A stretch of DNA of 64,000 nucleotides from Tubulanus polymorphus (taxonomy: Eukaryota; Animalia; Nemertea): NCBI RefSeq assembly GCF_964204645.1, contig NC_134036.1, positions 10,767,859-10,831,858 of the forward strand, written 5' to 3'. The notes under the pieces are model-generated. The model had not been told where the DNA came from. It saw only the letters and a program-made list of their open reading frames with translations, and made no database searches. Of the stretch, positions 62,380 through 64,000 are shown in pieces (within the stretch, counting starts at the first letter, position 1; the number at the start of each line of letters is the position of its first letter). The position numbers and the translations under genes are program-made.

Positions 62380-64000
62380 AATGGAAGCAAATAAGAAGTA
62401 CTATTGTCCAACATAAATGTAAATAAACATTGTAAATAAATATAGATAAATCCCAAAAAGCAAGACACAATACAACTAAAACGAATTTAGAGAATAGATT
62501 GAAATTAGAATATAAAGATGATACATTAGAAACTAAATTAGAAGAATTAAAGAATGAAAAAGAAATATATAAATGTGATACATGTAATCAATCACTCAGT
62601 AACAAAAGATATTATAAAGAACATTTAAAATCTAAAAGTCATATTAGAAATATGAATGATGATATTTTAGGTGAAGATTTTTTTGATAAAGATAATGATA
62701 AGAATTAAAAGACAATTAAAAGAATAAAAATAAATTAAACAATAAAAGATCATACATGGAAGATGTTAGAAATTATATTAATTCATTAGCTAATAAAAAA
62801 GAAATAGATATAACTGAAGCATTTAAAAGTGATATTGGTCCAGCAGCTATCGAGTTTAAATTTCATAAAGGTAAAACATTAGAAGAAAAAAAAAACATTT
62901 AGAAAATATGAAAAATATGATAAGGATAATTACAGATGTAGAAAACCCTAAAATTAGTATATCTTGTAAAGTTAAATTTATAAAATCTGAAGATAAACCA
63001 ATATATAATATAAATTCCCATTCACAAAATATCATATCTAAACATGTTGTTAGATTAGATAAATGTTATAATGAAATAAAAAGTAAAATAGAAGAGAAAT
63101 ATTTTGAAGGATCAGGTTTAATATTCAAAGAAATGATATTTATGGCTTTACATGTTTATAACACAAAATATAATAAGTTAACTAAATCAAAACCAATTGA
63201 TGAAAATAATTTATCATATTATAAAGATGATAATATAGATGGATCAAGTTATATCAAAATACAATTTAAAACTAATGTTATAAATGTACAAAATGAAGAT
63301 GATAAATGTTTTCTATGGTCAATAATTAGTTGCTTACACCCAGTTGAAGATTATAAACAACATAGTTTTAGATTAACACATTATAAACCATTTGAAAATA
63401 ATTATAAGATAGATAATTATCCTGTTAGAATTAAAAATATCCCAAAAATAGAAAGAGATAATAATTTAAAGATTAATGTGTTTGATTAAATCAAATTACC
63501 AAAAACAAAAGGTAACAATATAAAACATTTTACATTAGAGCCTTTGTATTTATCAAAAGATTATGATTTAAATGGTGTTATAGATATATTATATTATGAA
63601 AATCATTATATGTGGATTAAAAGAATTGATTTATTTTTTAAATCAGAAGATGATTTTGATAATAAAATATATCTATGTAGAAAATGTATAACTAAATTCA
63701 AAACTGAAAGTGCATTATAAAATCATAAACAATTATGTGAAAATCATGATTATTGTAAAATATTTTTACCAAATGAAAAAGTTAAAGTATTAGAATTAAA
63801 AAAATATGATTACAAGAATAAAGTACCATTTGTAATACATCGAGATTTTGAATCATTAAATAAAGAATTAACTGATCAAGATAGAAAAGAAATATATTAT
63901 AAAAGAAAGAAATTGAATTGTACTGAAAATGATGTAATTGATTATTCAGATCCTCTGATAACAAATACTATTAAAAAGATTCATCAATCAGCTGCAGCTT
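62380..64000 (+). pseudogene. polB: pPolB N-terminal region, multiply disrupted
   Basis: ILGEDFFD, YMEDVRNYI, IGPAAI, YFEGSGL, INVQNEDDKCFLWSIISCL and DFESLNKELTDQDRKEIY match ORF 47334-49418. Confidence 0.88.

Larger units (their letters stand above)
61820..64000 (+). mobile_element. Second, degraded Polinton-like element (left part), runs off the window
   Basis: Terminus AGTAATAGGGAATA..TTTCAAGCCAAAGGTCGAAGGGTCGA is homologous to the first element's TIR; AT-rich; pseudogenes homologous to ORF 33148 and the pPolB N-terminus. Confidence 0.88.

Overview
Animal-like (probably marine invertebrate; inferred) nuclear DNA, dense in mobile elements, with one intact host gene, a single-exon rhodopsin-type GPCR at 59473-60420. 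The centrepiece is a full-length, very AT-rich endogenous Polinton/adintovirus-like element at 32783-49533. It has AGT...ACT termini, 72-bp perfect TIRs and a 6-bp TSD (TAAGAG), and encodes protein-primed PolB, rve integrase with chromodomain, packaging ATPase, major and minor capsid proteins and several small conserved ORFs. It also carries three independent large-DNA-virus signatures: (1) a LAGLIDADG-containing intein in the PolB catalytic motif C (YFD|S...N|TD), of the type known from giant-virus PolBs; (2) a zinc-finger protein whose C-terminus resembles poxvirus/NCLDV late transcription factor VLTF3 (A2); (3) a poxvirus-late-promoter-like TAAATG at the start of 15 of 16 genes. Together these suggest a virophage-like provirus that parasitises a poxvirus-like or giant virus of an animal; this copy is mildly decayed. 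A second, more degraded relative starts at about 61820 with a fold-back terminus. The left 15 kb holds remnants of a larger element (spliced tandem-PC4 gene, two spliced tyrosine-recombinase genes, YY1/E-box array), interrupted by an apparently intact 7.7-kb Zator-like transposon. MITEs, a LINE fragment and duplicated GPCR-like pseudogene segments fill the rest. All homology calls come from motif recognition by eye; no searches were run.
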